A DNA stretch of 64,000 bases from Candidatus Saccharimonadota bacterium (GTDB taxonomy: Bacteria > Patescibacteriota > Saccharimonadia > Saccharimonadales > SZUA-47), in the NCBI GenBank assembly GCA_016700315.1, contig CP065013.1, forward strand, positions 1,449 to 65,448, in the 5' to 3' direction. This document shows, piece after piece, positions 1 through 9,886 of the stretch (the first letter of the stretch is position 1; each line of letters starts with the position of its first letter). The notes below the pieces were generated by a model. The model did not search any database. It was not told where the DNA came from and worked only from the letters and a program-made list of their open reading frames with translations. The position numbers were made by a program, and so were the translations under genes.

Positions 1-137
1 ACGAAAGCCCAGAAAGCATGTTCGATCGTATAGCTGGTGTTTTTGAAGCACCGTTACCTGCGAACGAAGAGTTTGTGATCATAGACGGCCAACATGTTAA
101 CGCCGAGTCAATCCGTGTTATGCTGTCGCATATATGA
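1..137 (+). CDS. 3' end of an unidentified CDS (partial, runs off the window start)
   Basis: Open frame from base 3 to TGA at 135-137 ('...IDGQHVNAESIRVMLSHI*'). The stop overlaps the ATG of the next gene (ATGA). Confidence 0.35.
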   Translation, partial: ESPESMFDRIAGVFEAPLPANEEFVIIDGQHVNAESIRVMLSHI

Positions 138-763
138 GCTCAATTCAAAACTTCGAAGAGACAAAGCGAGTAAACCGTAGGGCGTTTTGGTTATTTTTTG
201 TGCTTTTTGCAATCTTGGGTGGACTAGGCTACTATGCCTGGCGCGTCAATCCGGTCAACTTCAGAGCCATTCATATTACAATCAAAAACCCATTTGCCAA
301 AAAGCCGGTTCCCGTCGGCTACTACCGAGTAATTGAGGTCGTAGACGGTGATACAATCGTAGTAGAAATGAACGGCTCGCAGGAGCGAATCAGAATGATC
401 GGCGTCGACACCCCAGAGACACACCACCCGGAAAAACCGGTTCAGTGTTTCGGTCTGGCTGCCGCCAAATTCACCAAAGACCTAGTTGACGGCAAAGTAG
501 TGAGACTTGAGAGCGACCAACAGAGCAATAACCGCGACCGATATGACCGGTTGCTACGCTATGTCTTTACCGAAGATGGCACATTATTAAATCGCAAACT
601 AATCGAGGATGGCTACGGCTTTGCCTACGTCAGTTTTCCTTTTGACAAACAACAAGAATTTCTAACAGCCGAGCGCGAGGCTCGTCAGAACAACCGCGGC
701 CTCTGGAGCGGCTGCGACGTCAACGAAAACGACTTGAGCCCCAGCACTACTTTCCGCAACTAA
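134..763 (+). CDS. Membrane-anchored thermonuclease (staphylococcal nuclease/SNase family)
   Basis: N-terminal TM helix, then SNase hallmarks 'VVDGDTIVV', 'RIRMIGVDTPE', 'DRYDRLLRYV', 'LIEDGYGFAY'. Confidence 0.85.
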   Translation: MSSIQNFEETKRVNRRAFWLFFVLFAILGGLGYYAWRVNPVNFRAIHITIKNPFAKKPVPVGYYRVIEVVDGDTIVVEMNGSQERIRMIGVDTPETHHPEKPVQCFGLAAAKFTKDLVDGKVVRLESDQQSNNRDRYDRLLRYVFTEDGTLLNRKLIEDGYGFAYVSFPFDKQQEFLTAEREARQNNRGLWSGCDVNENDLSPSTTFRN

Positions 764-800
764 CCCTAGCTCGACATAACAACACCTATAAATATACATT

Positions 801-1596
801 TTAACTAGGCCTATCTTTATCAAAAAGACCAATTAACTTGTACATAATTAGTAGCGGAACATACGACAAATAAACTACGTAAACGCCGACCCAGCCTAGC
901 CAAGCGGTTTTTAATCGGCGATTACTGAGTGTACGAGGCCACATCTTCAGGTATTTCATTTGTTGATCACGACCGCGCCGACTGTCGCTAAGTAGCCTTG
1001 AGTCAATGCCAACCTTTAGTCCGTAATCAAATACAGTCCTTCGACCCAACCTTCCAAATAAGATTGTTAAATCGATATCTTCATGGATGTTGGTGCGAGC
1101 ACTTGTGCGTCCAGCTACTTTTAGCCAGTCAGATCTCAAGAAAGCACAGTTGCTGCCCCACATTATTGGCTGTCCTAGCAAGAGTCGATTAATCGCAAAC
1201 GGTACACGGGCCTGCAACCAGCCACTAAATACACCAAACTTCCCAAGATCGTAAAAGTAACTACTGCCAGAAATGGGGTTTTCGGAGGCCTCAAAATGTC
1301 GTGTAACCCTTAGCGAGCCAATCTGGCGGCAAAATCGTATCCGCATCAATCCTTGCGACTACGTCCCCACTAGCTGCATTAAAGCCGCGATTGCGGGCAA
1401 AAACCACTCCCTGCTTAGGTTCTTTAAGTAGGGTAACGAAGCCATACCCTCCAGCCACTTTCACGGAATCGTCGCTACAATTGTTGTCAACGACGATGAC
1501 CTCATCAGGCGAACTAGACTGCGCGGATATAGAATCTAAACAACACTTAAGATGCTCCGCGTCGTTGTGAACTGGCACGACAATGCTTATGGTCAT
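801..1596 (-). pseudogene. Family 2 glycosyltransferase split by a frameshift (ORFs 1291-1596 and 801-1349)
   Basis: The N-terminal ORF has GT2 motifs ('IVVPVHN', 'VVDNNCSDDS', 'RIDADTILPPDWL'). The sequence continues in another frame ('LRVTRHFEASENP...') with a 59-nt overlap. A single-nucleotide indel near 1300-1310 would rejoin the two. Confidence 0.6.
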
Positions 1597-1644
1597 TACA
1601 ATAAACTATAACATGATTTTTATTTGTCGTATTTTATGTTATAA

Positions 1645-2102
1645 ATGCTATATGAGAACTGTCCCGAACTTCCCAATTGTGGAGATGCAACCCTAATACT
1701 TAGCCCCGATAATCAGTTTTTGATAATGCAAAAATCTTACGGCCATAAACAGTGGGAATTACCACTTGCTATGTTTGAGTGTAGCGATCGAATTGAAGAA
1801 ATACTAGATGTTTTAAAAGAATCGTTGGTATGAGTATTTGCGTTTTATCAGAAGTTGTTGTCGTCAAACCCCGCCATGATATGGATGAAAAAAATCGTGT
1901 CAGGCCAAAAATTATCAAATCATTTATAGCAGTCTCCGACGAACGCGACACTCCGTCCTTTGATAGTAGCATTTATAGTGCTGCGCGGTGGCATAGCTTT
2001 GGCGAGACACTTCCCGATGATTTTAGCCCAACAAGCGCTAGAGCAGTTATAAGAATTCAAAATTTGTCTACAAGAACCATACTGAGCCCAGCATTTGCAT
2101 AA
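1645..2102 (+). CDS. Two short overlapping ORFs (1645-1833 and 1830-2102), hypothetical; possibly a degenerate or split Nudix-like remnant
   Basis: 'KQWELP...FE.SDRIEEILDVLKESL' loosely resembles a Nudix box but lacks the GG/RE/EE residues. The junction is an ATGA overlap. Confidence 0.25.
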
Positions 2103-2185
2103 GCGATTTGAGTTTTTGGTGTTTACGGTTAAGATTACTAAAGACTAACATGTACTGATGCTGCTATTTATAGCTATTAAACCTT

Positions 2186-3295
2186 ATGAAAAAAAGACTA
2201 TCTAAAACAAATATAAAACGGGCTAGCCACCAAGCTAAAATTTTAGGAGTAATTAAGCCCTGGCAAGAACTGTCAAAGCTCAAGCGTGTCCTCGTGTCGT
2301 TGCTGCTAGTAGTTTTTGCATGGTTCGGCGTGATGTACGGCGTTGCTCAGTGGTATATTTGGAAGCATCGTAATGAGCCACTGCGAATTGGCGCTACTTT
2401 TATCCCGGATTATGCTCGCCATTTTGAGCTTGACCCCAAAGAAACGATGGATGCCATGATTAATGATCTTGGCATAAAACAGTTCCGCTTAGTTAGTTAT
2501 TGGAAAAACATCGAGCCCGAAGAAGGCAAGTTCGATTTTAGCGAACTAGACTGGCAATTCGAAAAAGTCGCCAAAGCTGGTGGCAAAGTGTCTTTGGCGA
2601 TCGGGCTCAGACAACCACGCTGGCCGGAATGCCATGCACCGGAGTGGATTGGCGGGGCGGACAAGCCAATTTGGGTACCGAAGCTAAAAACTTTTATAAC
2701 TAAGGTCGTTGAGCGATATCGTAACAACCCGACACTCGAAAGTTACCAGCTAGAAAACGAGTTCTTTATGAATGTTTTTGGCATCTGCCCAGACTTCTCA
2801 CGCGATCGTCTAACAGATGAATTCAACATGATCAAAAGCCTCGATTCAACTCACCCAATAATCGTCAGCCGCAGCAACAACTGGGTCGGCTTACCACTTG
2901 GTGATCCACGCCCAGACCAATTCGGTATTTCGGTTTACAAGCGCGTCTGGGACAAGACAATTACAAAACGCTATTTTGAATACCCATTGCCAGCTTGGTT
3001 TTACGCTAGCCTTGCCGGGGGCGGGGAACTGTTTACTGGAAAAAGCATGGTTTTGCATGAACTTCAAACAGAAAGTTGGCTACCGGAAGGCTTTGACATG
3101 AAAACAGCCACTACCGAGGAACTAGACAAATCGCTAAGCCCTGAGCGCCTGCGCGACCGAATCAAATACGGCGTTGCTACTGGTATGAAAGACATTTACC
3201 TCTGGGGGCCAGAATGGTGGTATTACATGAAAGTTAAGCGTGCCGAACCAAAACTCTGGGACACCGCCAAAGACGAACTAGCAAAGTATAGATAA
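2186..3295 (+). CDS. Membrane-anchored glycoside hydrolase, clan GH-A TIM barrel (GH5/GH42-like)
   Basis: TM helix; 'FRLVSYWKNIEPEEGKFDF', 'YQLENEF' (acid/base NE motif), 'HELQTESW'. Paralog of 3940-4860. Confidence 0.6.
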   Translation: MKKRLSKTNIKRASHQAKILGVIKPWQELSKLKRVLVSLLLVVFAWFGVMYGVAQWYIWKHRNEPLRIGATFIPDYARHFELDPKETMDAMINDLGIKQFRLVSYWKNIEPEEGKFDFSELDWQFEKVAKAGGKVSLAIGLRQPRWPECHAPEWIGGADKPIWVPKLKTFITKVVERYRNNPTLESYQLENEFFMNVFGICPDFSRDRLTDEFNMIKSLDSTHPIIVSRSNNWVGLPLGDPRPDQFGISVYKRVWDKTITKRYFEYPLPAWFYASLAGGGELFTGKSMVLHELQTESWLPEGFDMKTATTEELDKSLSPERLRDRIKYGVATGMKDIYLWGPEWWYYMKVKRAEPKLWDTAKDELAKYR

Positions 3296-3681
3296 GATTC
3301 TGTTTAGGCGCCAGCTTACTGCTGGCTGCCCTAGTTACTTTTCTTATGTCGACAGAAAAGTAACCAAAAGAAACGACCCCAGCTTCGAACTCTTGAAGCT
3401 TTCATTGTTAAAAAGGACAATGCTCTGACAACTTGCCAATGATTACATTGGCTTCAAACACGTCACTCGCTCTAATTGTCTTTTTAACATTCAATTCCTC
3501 ACGAGTTCTCAGAAGGGGGAATGAATTCCTAGCTTCAGTAATATCTTGAAAAAGTGATCTGGTGGGGGAAAATGAGCGGGTATTTATTTCAATAATCCTA
3601 CAATTCAATTGTCTGGTTGCTATGGGTGCTTTTGTCCAGCCGGAGCTTCTTTATATTTTGCTTAGGGAGTATAATTAATTC

Positions 3682-3930
3682 ATGCAAGATGAACAATTCA
3701 CTAAACTTTTCAAATACATTGAGGACTTTAGGCTAGAAGTAAATGCCAAACTTGAAAACACAGCCAACCGTGAAAGTATGGATAAACTAGTCAAGACGAT
3801 AGATGCTTTTGTCAAGAGATTAGATGACAACGAAACAGAGCAGACATTCAAGGACAGGCAGTTTGATAGATTGCTCGAATGGGCTAGAAAGGTTTCAGCT
3901 AAAACCGGGATACCACTTGAACGCCTTTAG
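3682..3930 (+). CDS. Hypothetical small helical protein
   Basis: 82-aa ORF with a TATAAT box 6 nt upstream of the ATG. No recognisable domain. Confidence 0.45.
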   Translation: MQDEQFTKLFKYIEDFRLEVNAKLENTANRESMDKLVKTIDAFVKRLDDNETEQTFKDRQFDRLLEWARKVSAKTGIPLERL

Positions 3931-3939
3931 GCTTAGGTT

Positions 3940-4860
3940 GTGAATAAAAAAAGCGTTGTTAATCCTGATAACTGGGGGGTTAGTTTTTCGATCAAGCAAT
4001 GTCGGAACTTCAATCAAAACCCGAAAGAAACTCTAGCTTGGCTCATAGAAAAGGGCTTCAGGCGATTTCGACTGATGAGCTATTGGGACGAGCTTGAAAA
4101 AGCTCAAGCAGAGCAAGATTTTAGTCAGCTAGACTGGCAAATTGACTTGGTAGAGAAGGCCGGCGGCGTGATTACCCTCTGTCTTGGCGCTAGGCAACCC
4201 CGCTGGCCAGAAAACCATTGGCCAGACTGGGCTTGGGCAGCTAGCTTCCAAGAACGCAGTGACGCACTTGGTGACTTTATCACTCAAGTAGTCCAACGCT
4301 ACAAAAATCGTTCTTGTATAGTTTCTTATCAACTAGAAAACGAGGCGTTGCTTGAATCCTTCGGCTTGCGTAGCGAAGTAAGTCGAAGTCGCCTGAGGGC
4401 AGAGTATGCACTTGTCCACTCGCTAGACCCTGATAGGCCAATTATCATGACTACATCAACATCGTGGGGGATTCCAATCCGGCGCCCTCGCCCGAAAATA
4501 CTTGGTTTCTCTGTTTACAACATAGTCTTTGACAGCTCTAAACAGTCTTACGGAGGGACCGAACAGAGCCCGCTTATCTACCGCCTAAGAGCCTTACTGT
4601 ACAAACTGACAACGTTCGGGCGGCGCAAGAGTTTTATCCACGAACTTCAGTGTGAGCCTTGGGGTCCACGAGCCATATGGGAGATGGATCATAATGAACA
4701 AGACCGCTCAATGAATACAAAACAGATTAGACGCAATATTCATATCGCCAAACTAATGCGATTATACCCAATAGATCTCTGGGGTGGAGAATGGTGGCGT
4801 CAGCGCGAGCTCGAAGGCGACCCCAAAGTAATAGACGATATACTGAAGTTAGTCAATTAG
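3940..4860 (+). CDS. Glycoside hydrolase, clan GH-A TIM barrel (paralog of 2186-3295, no TM anchor)
   Basis: GTG start; 'FRLMSYWDELE', 'RQPRWPENHWPDW', 'YQLENEA', 'HELQCEPW' align with the upstream paralog. Confidence 0.6.
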   Translation: MNKKSVVNPDNWGVSFSIKQCRNFNQNPKETLAWLIEKGFRRFRLMSYWDELEKAQAEQDFSQLDWQIDLVEKAGGVITLCLGARQPRWPENHWPDWAWAASFQERSDALGDFITQVVQRYKNRSCIVSYQLENEALLESFGLRSEVSRSRLRAEYALVHSLDPDRPIIMTTSTSWGIPIRRPRPKILGFSVYNIVFDSSKQSYGGTEQSPLIYRLRALLYKLTTFGRRKSFIHELQCEPWGPRAIWEMDHNEQDRSMNTKQIRRNIHIAKLMRLYPIDLWGGEWWRQRELEGDPKVIDDILKLVN

Positions 4861-5840
4861 GAGCTGAAAAATTCGTTTATAGCTCCAGCTACACGTCTCG
4901 GGTTCCATTGTTCGTCGTTGTGAGTTTGCGGATTATTGTTCTTAACCACTCTAGTATTTCCGTCTTGATCTACTACTTCCAGGAACTGTACGGGTGAGGC
5001 ATAAGATCCATTATTATCCATTAGCTGCTGTGCTGCCCTCTCTAGCTGTTTGTGAGAAAAGAGTTTATCATCGGTATACCCAAACAAACCAATTTCTCCG
5101 ACATAACGACCTAGGCTCCTGGGCTCACCATCGCCCTCAAATCTAATCATCTGTGTTGCCAACTGGCGAGCTTCCGCCCAAGTTCGACCGATGTTTTTGG
5201 TTAAATTCTTTTTTCCAGCTTTATCCATTTGTTTGCTGACATCAGGTAGAGCTTTTTTTGTTTTTTTGCTTAGCTCAAACAGCATCTCTTTGGCGAAGCG
5301 TACGCCGAGTTTACTAAACATAGCCTCATCGGGGTAACTGCCACCTGGAGCCAGAAGAGCTACTTTAGCCTCATCAAAGCAAGTCCAGCCTCGTTCTTTG
5401 GCTATTTTAACCATTTCTGCGAGTATATAACTCCCATAACTGTGCGCAACAGCATTAATAGGCTCATGTGTCAGTCCCTCAGCATCAAGTACGGCTAGAT
5501 AGTTTATGGCCTGGGTCTTTGCGGCTTCCTTTTTATCGGGCTTAGCACTTCTATTTTGGTCGGGGATAATTATATCGTTGCCAAGCTCAAGCATCGCCAT
5601 TCCGAAGGGTGCTTTGGCTGTTATACCTTCAGTAAAACCCGGTATATAGATACTGGGCTTTTGTTGGGCTTTAGCGGATGAGTCCGGCGCAAACCTGACA
5701 TACTCGATCGTTTCCCCTTCGAGACCATTTATTTCGGCCCTTTTTATACCGTTTGCTAATATATCGACTGAAGATGGCAAGAAATCTCCCGGCCCGTTTG
5801 TTAAGGAAGATAGATAAGCAGAGTTGAATTTATTTTTCAT
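4857..5840 (-). CDS. Alpha/beta-hydrolase fold protein (lipase/esterase-like)
   Basis: Nucleophile-elbow-like 'VAHSYGSY' and typical strand/helix spacing. Specificity unknown. Confidence 0.55.
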   Translation of the reverse strand: MKNKFNSAYLSSLTNGPGDFLPSSVDILANGIKRAEINGLEGETIEYVRFAPDSSAKAQQKPSIYIPGFTEGITAKAPFGMAMLELGNDIIIPDQNRSAKPDKKEAAKTQAINYLAVLDAEGLTHEPINAVAHSYGSYILAEMVKIAKERGWTCFDEAKVALLAPGGSYPDEAMFSKLGVRFAKEMLFELSKKTKKALPDVSKQMDKAGKKNLTKNIGRTWAEARQLATQMIRFEGDGEPRSLGRYVGEIGLFGYTDDKLFSHKQLERAAQQLMDNNGSYASPVQFLEVVDQDGNTRVVKNNNPQTHNDEQWNPRRVAGAINEFFSS

Positions 5841-5902
5841 ACTTTTACTTTACCATTGTTTTTGTTATTGTCAATCCTACTACATTATTATACACTAGTA
5901 TT

Positions 5903-6340
5903 ATGAATAAAAAGAGGCCAGCAAGTAGTAAGATTCAAAACCGACGAGCACGGTTTGATTATGAATTGGGCGATAATTTTACTTGTGGTCTAGCTCTCAA
6001 CGGCCGTGAAACAAAAGCATTAAGGCTCGGGCGGGGACAACTGCAGGGTGCTTATGTGACGATTAAAGATGGGGAACTGTGGCTAATCAACGCTCAAATC
6101 CATGGCACCAACGGCATTGCCATTGAGGAGTCAGATAAAACTAGAGCGCGAAAACTTTTAGCCAAAAAGAGGGAAATCGATGCATTAATCGCCGCCAAGC
6201 AACAGGGCAAAACCATCGTTCCTACCGAAATCCTGACTAAAACTCGTTTTATCAAGCTCAGAATCGCGATTGGCCGCGGCAAAAAAGCCTACGACAAGCG
6301 TGAGACCATAAAAAAGCGCGATATTGAGCGTCATTACTAA
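5903..6340 (+). CDS. smpB: SsrA-binding protein SmpB
   Basis: 'NRRARFDYELGDNF..GLAL.G.E.KALR', 'LL.KKREI' and a basic C-terminal tail. Confidence 0.9.
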   Translation: MNKKRPASSKIQNRRARFDYELGDNFTCGLALNGRETKALRLGRGQLQGAYVTIKDGELWLINAQIHGTNGIAIEESDKTRARKLLAKKREIDALIAAKQQGKTIVPTEILTKTRFIKLRIAIGRGKKAYDKRETIKKRDIERHY

Positions 6341-6540
6341 ATTCTTGTAAAGATATTTAACAGCCCAATTGCAATCCGGCCAACCTTTTCTGCAACAGAG
6401 ACACCCGTATACTGTTCTACAATTACCTGGGTCGTCATAAGCGCTCCGCCGGTTGCCAATACAGCCAATATTGCTCGGTCGCGCTTAGCAGCGCTCAGAT
6501 TATTCGGCTTATCATCCGGGGAAGGTCTGAGTTCATTCAT
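6337..6540 (-). CDS. Hypothetical small membrane protein
   Basis: 67-aa ORF with a hydrophobic core. No homology recognised. Confidence 0.3.
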   Translation of the reverse strand: MNELRPSPDDKPNNLSAAKRDRAILAVLATGGALMTTQVIVEQYTGVSVAEKVGRIAIGLLNIFTRI

Positions 6541-6590
6541 GACAATATAATAACATAATGATTTGATATGTCAAAGAAAATGTCTAATTT

Positions 6591-7034
6591 CTATAGATGA
6601 CCACTATAGACTACTCTGCCAGTATCCAGTACTGGATTATAGCCTGTCTTGGTTTCTATTAATTGATTAATGGCAAACAACCCAATTCCTATCGTCGCTC
6701 GGCCTACCGATCTAGCCATACTTGGTGGAATATCAATAAAATCATATGTCGGAACCATAGGATTAATCATGAAGGTCAACCTACCGCATGCTTTGCCTAG
6801 TGTTTCAAATCCCCGTATTACAGATATACCAATGATTTTGCTTATTTCCTTCTTTTTTATACGACCAGTAGACTGCGCGGAACTTCCATCGGATTCTTGA
6901 TCATAGGGTGTTGTGTTTCGAGTAATTTCGTTCTCTCTGATGCAGTCTGAATAAAGCGTGCTATTTGGGGCAGAGTTTTCTTCAAAAATTTTTCGAATTG
7001 TATCATCCACCCAATTTTCATGGCGCTCGCTCAT
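6591..7034 (-). CDS. Hypothetical protein
   Basis: 147-aa ORF whose start overlaps the pyrH stop by 4 nt (operon-like coupling). Confidence 0.5.
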   Translation of the reverse strand: MSERHENWVDDTIRKIFEENSAPNSTLYSDCIRENEITRNTTPYDQESDGSSAQSTGRIKKKEISKIIGISVIRGFETLGKACGRLTFMINPMVPTYDFIDIPPSMARSVGRATIGIGLFAINQLIETKTGYNPVLDTGRVVYSGHL

Positions 7035-7735
7035 TTTATCAGCGTACCAACATTTTCTTGACGAACAACCCTGGCGATATTACCTGGCTTATCAAGCTCA
7101 AAAATAACTATTGGCTTATGCTGCTCCATAGCTAACCCCATTGCAGCCTTGTCCATGACCTTTATTTCCTCGTTCTCGACAGCTTCCTGAAAGCTTAGCT
7201 TGTCGTAGCGCTTGGCGTCTTTAAACTTGGTCGGATCTCGGTCATAAACTCCGTCAACTTTGGTAGATTTGAGCACGGCGTCGCAGTTTAGCTCGAGTGC
7301 CAAAATAACTGCTGCCGTATCTGTAGTTACGTAAGGACGACCCGAACCGCCAGCCACAATTACTACTCTTCCACGTTTAAGGTGCTTCTCAGCCAAGCGA
7401 TGCACGAAAGGCTCGGCTAGTTGCTGAGCGAAGATAGTACTCAAACATCTGGTGCTGATACCGGCATCTTCAAACAGATCAGTAAGAGCTAGGGCATTCA
7501 TCATTGTCGCCAACATACCCATTTGGTCAGCCGTAACGCGCTTGATCCCGTGGCCGGCAATTTGAGCCCCACGCAGATAGTTGCCGCCGCCAACCATAAT
7601 TATTACCTGGCAGTCTTCGTCAAGCACCTTACGAACTTCTTTGGCCAGCCAGTGACCTTTTTTGGGGTCGAGACCACCATCAAACTCACCCGCCAACTGT
7701 TCACCCGACACCTTAAGCAGTACTCTCTTATACAT
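7031..7735 (-). CDS. pyrH: UMP kinase
   Basis: 'YKRVLLKVSGEQLAG', 'VGGGNYLRG', 'VVIVAGGSGRPYVTTDTAA'. Confidence 0.92.
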   Translation of the reverse strand: MYKRVLLKVSGEQLAGEFDGGLDPKKGHWLAKEVRKVLDEDCQVIIMVGGGNYLRGAQIAGHGIKRVTADQMGMLATMMNALALTDLFEDAGISTRCLSTIFAQQLAEPFVHRLAEKHLKRGRVVIVAGGSGRPYVTTDTAAVILALELNCDAVLKSTKVDGVYDRDPTKFKDAKRYDKLSFQEAVENEEIKVMDKAAMGLAMEQHKPIVIFELDKPGNIARVVRQENVGTLIK

Positions 7736-7792
7736 TATCCATATCCTACCACGAAAATTGTCAGAAAATAAATACTCGTATACTATTAACTA

Positions 7793-8506
7793 ATGTTTGG
7801 CAGTGAAGGTATCGAAGCGCTCCGCCAGTTCAGCCAGAAATTTTTAAGCGAACAGCCGGTTGACCCCGAAAAATACAGACTAGATTTGCAGAAACTAGCC
7901 AAGACATTTTTGTCACCCTTGGCGCCAGTAGCATTTTTTGAGCCAGAGCTGTGGCAAGATGGCGGCTTTACGAAACAACAAGATCAGTATTTTTTCGGCT
8001 CGTACGTAGGGGTGGCTGTCGTGACTGAAGTGCTAACTGTCGACGAGCAACATATCGCTAATCACTCTAGGCTCGCTTATCAGATCTCCGACACATTTAA
8101 GGACACCCCAGATTTTATTGCTGCCGATAGTGTAGTGCCTATAGATTTTTGCAGTGAGTTAAAATACAACCCTTACCGTGAGCGCATCGATGATGCGCTC
8201 ATACAAGACATACCCGACTTATTTTCCGTTCGGGACATCTTCGCGAACTACCCCAATAGTACAAGTAGTGATTTCATGAAATTATATATGTACCTTGCCT
8301 GCCTCGCAAAGCCAGTAGATTTTGCCGCACGCATATATTTAGATTTGTATAGAGGTGTGTCGTCTTTCTTACTAGATAATCATTCTTCGTTCACCGTTAG
8401 GGTTGTCGACGGAGCTGAAGCGCTATTTATCCGTCCTATTAACCAGCTACCAGAGTATTTGCTGCCTCTATCAGAAGTTGTTGGTATAGATTTGCCTGAC
8501 CTTTAA
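7793..8506 (+). CDS. Hypothetical protein
   Basis: 237-aa ORF with a -10-like TACTAT 6 nt upstream of the ATG. No domain recognised. Confidence 0.5.
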   Translation: MFGSEGIEALRQFSQKFLSEQPVDPEKYRLDLQKLAKTFLSPLAPVAFFEPELWQDGGFTKQQDQYFFGSYVGVAVVTEVLTVDEQHIANHSRLAYQISDTFKDTPDFIAADSVVPIDFCSELKYNPYRERIDDALIQDIPDLFSVRDIFANYPNSTSSDFMKLYMYLACLAKPVDFAARIYLDLYRGVSSFLLDNHSSFTVRVVDGAEALFIRPINQLPEYLLPLSEVVGIDLPDL

Positions 8507-8526
8507 ACTTAAACTAATATACACTC

Positions 8527-9324
8527 ATGAAGATATACTCTTGGAACGTAAATGGTATCCGTGCAGTCGTACGTAAAGGCGAGTTTCAAAAGTTTATCGA
8601 TGCGCACGATCCAGACATACTTTGTCTACAGGAGACCAAGGCCGAACAAGCCCAGGCCGAAATAGACTTGCCTCAATACCATGAGTTTTGGAATTCTAGC
8701 CGGACCAAAAAGGGCTACAGTGGCACAGCTATCTTCTCCAAAACCGAGCCTACCTCTGTAGTTAATGACATCCCAAGCCAAATTGCTGCCAGTCACAGTC
8801 TAGTCGCCGACAAATACGGCCACAGTAACGATGAGGGCAGGGTAGTTGCTACCGAGTTTCAAGACTTCTGGGTTGTTACTGCCTACACACCTAATTCAAA
8901 GGACGATTTGACTCGAATCCCACTACGGCAACAATGGGACGCAGCCATCGCCGAATACTGTGCAGAGCTACAACTTCAAAAACCAGTTATATATTGTGGT
9001 GATATGAACGTCGCCCACACCGAAGACGATCTAGCAAACCCTAAACCAAACATTGGCAAAAAGGGCTTCACGGCTGAAGAAAGAAGTGGCTTCGACAACT
9101 GGCTTGCTAAGGGTTTTGTCGATACTTTTCGCATTTTTACGAGCGGTAATGGGCACTATACTTGGTGGAGTCACTTCGCTAACTCTCGAGCTCGGAATGT
9201 CGGCTGGAGAATCGACTATTTTCTGGTCAGTCAAGCAATAAAGAGCAAAGTTCATAAAGCCAGCATTCATGCCGATGTAATGGGCAGCGACCATTGTCCG
9301 GTAAGTATTGAAATAGAGCCATGA
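8527..9324 (+). CDS. xth: Exodeoxyribonuclease III (AP endonuclease family)
   Basis: 'MKIYSWNVNGIRA', 'LCLQETK', 'GDMNVAH', 'SDHCPV'. Confidence 0.92.
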   Translation: MKIYSWNVNGIRAVVRKGEFQKFIDAHDPDILCLQETKAEQAQAEIDLPQYHEFWNSSRTKKGYSGTAIFSKTEPTSVVNDIPSQIAASHSLVADKYGHSNDEGRVVATEFQDFWVVTAYTPNSKDDLTRIPLRQQWDAAIAEYCAELQLQKPVIYCGDMNVAHTEDDLANPKPNIGKKGFTAEERSGFDNWLAKGFVDTFRIFTSGNGHYTWWSHFANSRARNVGWRIDYFLVSQAIKSKVHKASIHADVMGSDHCPVSIEIEP

Positions 9325-9371
9325 GTCAAGAGTCAAGAGCCATGAGCCATGAGCCAAGAGTCAAGAGTCAA
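9316..9371. repeat. Heptanucleotide array (8 units, GAGCCAT/GAGTCAA/GAGCCAA words)
   Basis: Period-7 tandem units read directly. The xth stop codon (9322-9324) lies inside the array. Confidence 0.85.
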
Positions 9372-9494
9372 GAAGGTTGGGATTTTGTGGAACTGCCAGG
9401 CCAGCACGACGACTTATGGTCAAACCCAAAACCGTATGTAGATTTGGTAAAAATTACTTTGATTTACAAAATCATTTAAGCGTAGAATAAGTAC

Positions 9495-9794
9495 ATGACT
9501 AATGAAGAAATGATTGAAGACCTTAAGCAATTTATTGCAGCAACTGTTTCGCAGTCTACTAGTGACATTAGAGAGGAAGTCTTTGGACTTGATCAAAAAG
9601 TTACATCATTGGATCAAAAAGTTACATCATTGGACCAAAAAGTTACATCATTGGACCAAAAAGTTACCAGACTTGAAGCAACCACTGAAGAAATCGACAC
9701 CAAGCTTGATACTTTTATGAACGCCGTCGGCGAGAACCAAGAAGAAACCGACAAGCGCCTCACTCACCTCGAAACCAAGGTTTTCGCAAGCTAA
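9495..9794 (+). CDS. Hypothetical coiled-coil protein with 4 x 'LDQKVTS' repeats
   Basis: 99-aa ORF that carries a 21-bp tandem repeat. Confidence 0.5.
   Translation: MTNEEMIEDLKQFIAATVSQSTSDIREEVFGLDQKVTSLDQKVTSLDQKVTSLDQKVTRLEATTEEIDTKLDTFMNAVGENQEETDKRLTHLETKVFAS
9588..9671 (+). repeat. 4 x 21-bp in-frame tandem repeat (TTGGAYCAAAAAGTTACATCA)
   Basis: Four consecutive near-identical 21-mers read directly from the sequence. Confidence 0.9.
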
Positions 9795-9886
9795 TTTTAT
9801 TACTGAAAACCAATGACTGTTTACTGTCTAATCTGTACTGTTTACAATGTACTTATGCTAAAAAATTTGAAAGCGGGTTTTAGTAA

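Noticed and set aside
3408-3608. 66-aa ORF on the minus strand in the 385-bp gap between the two GH paralog regions.
   Set aside because: It has no recognisable motif and no obvious promoter or RBS, and it sits between hairpins that look like terminators of the upstream gene. The evidence is insufficient to call it.
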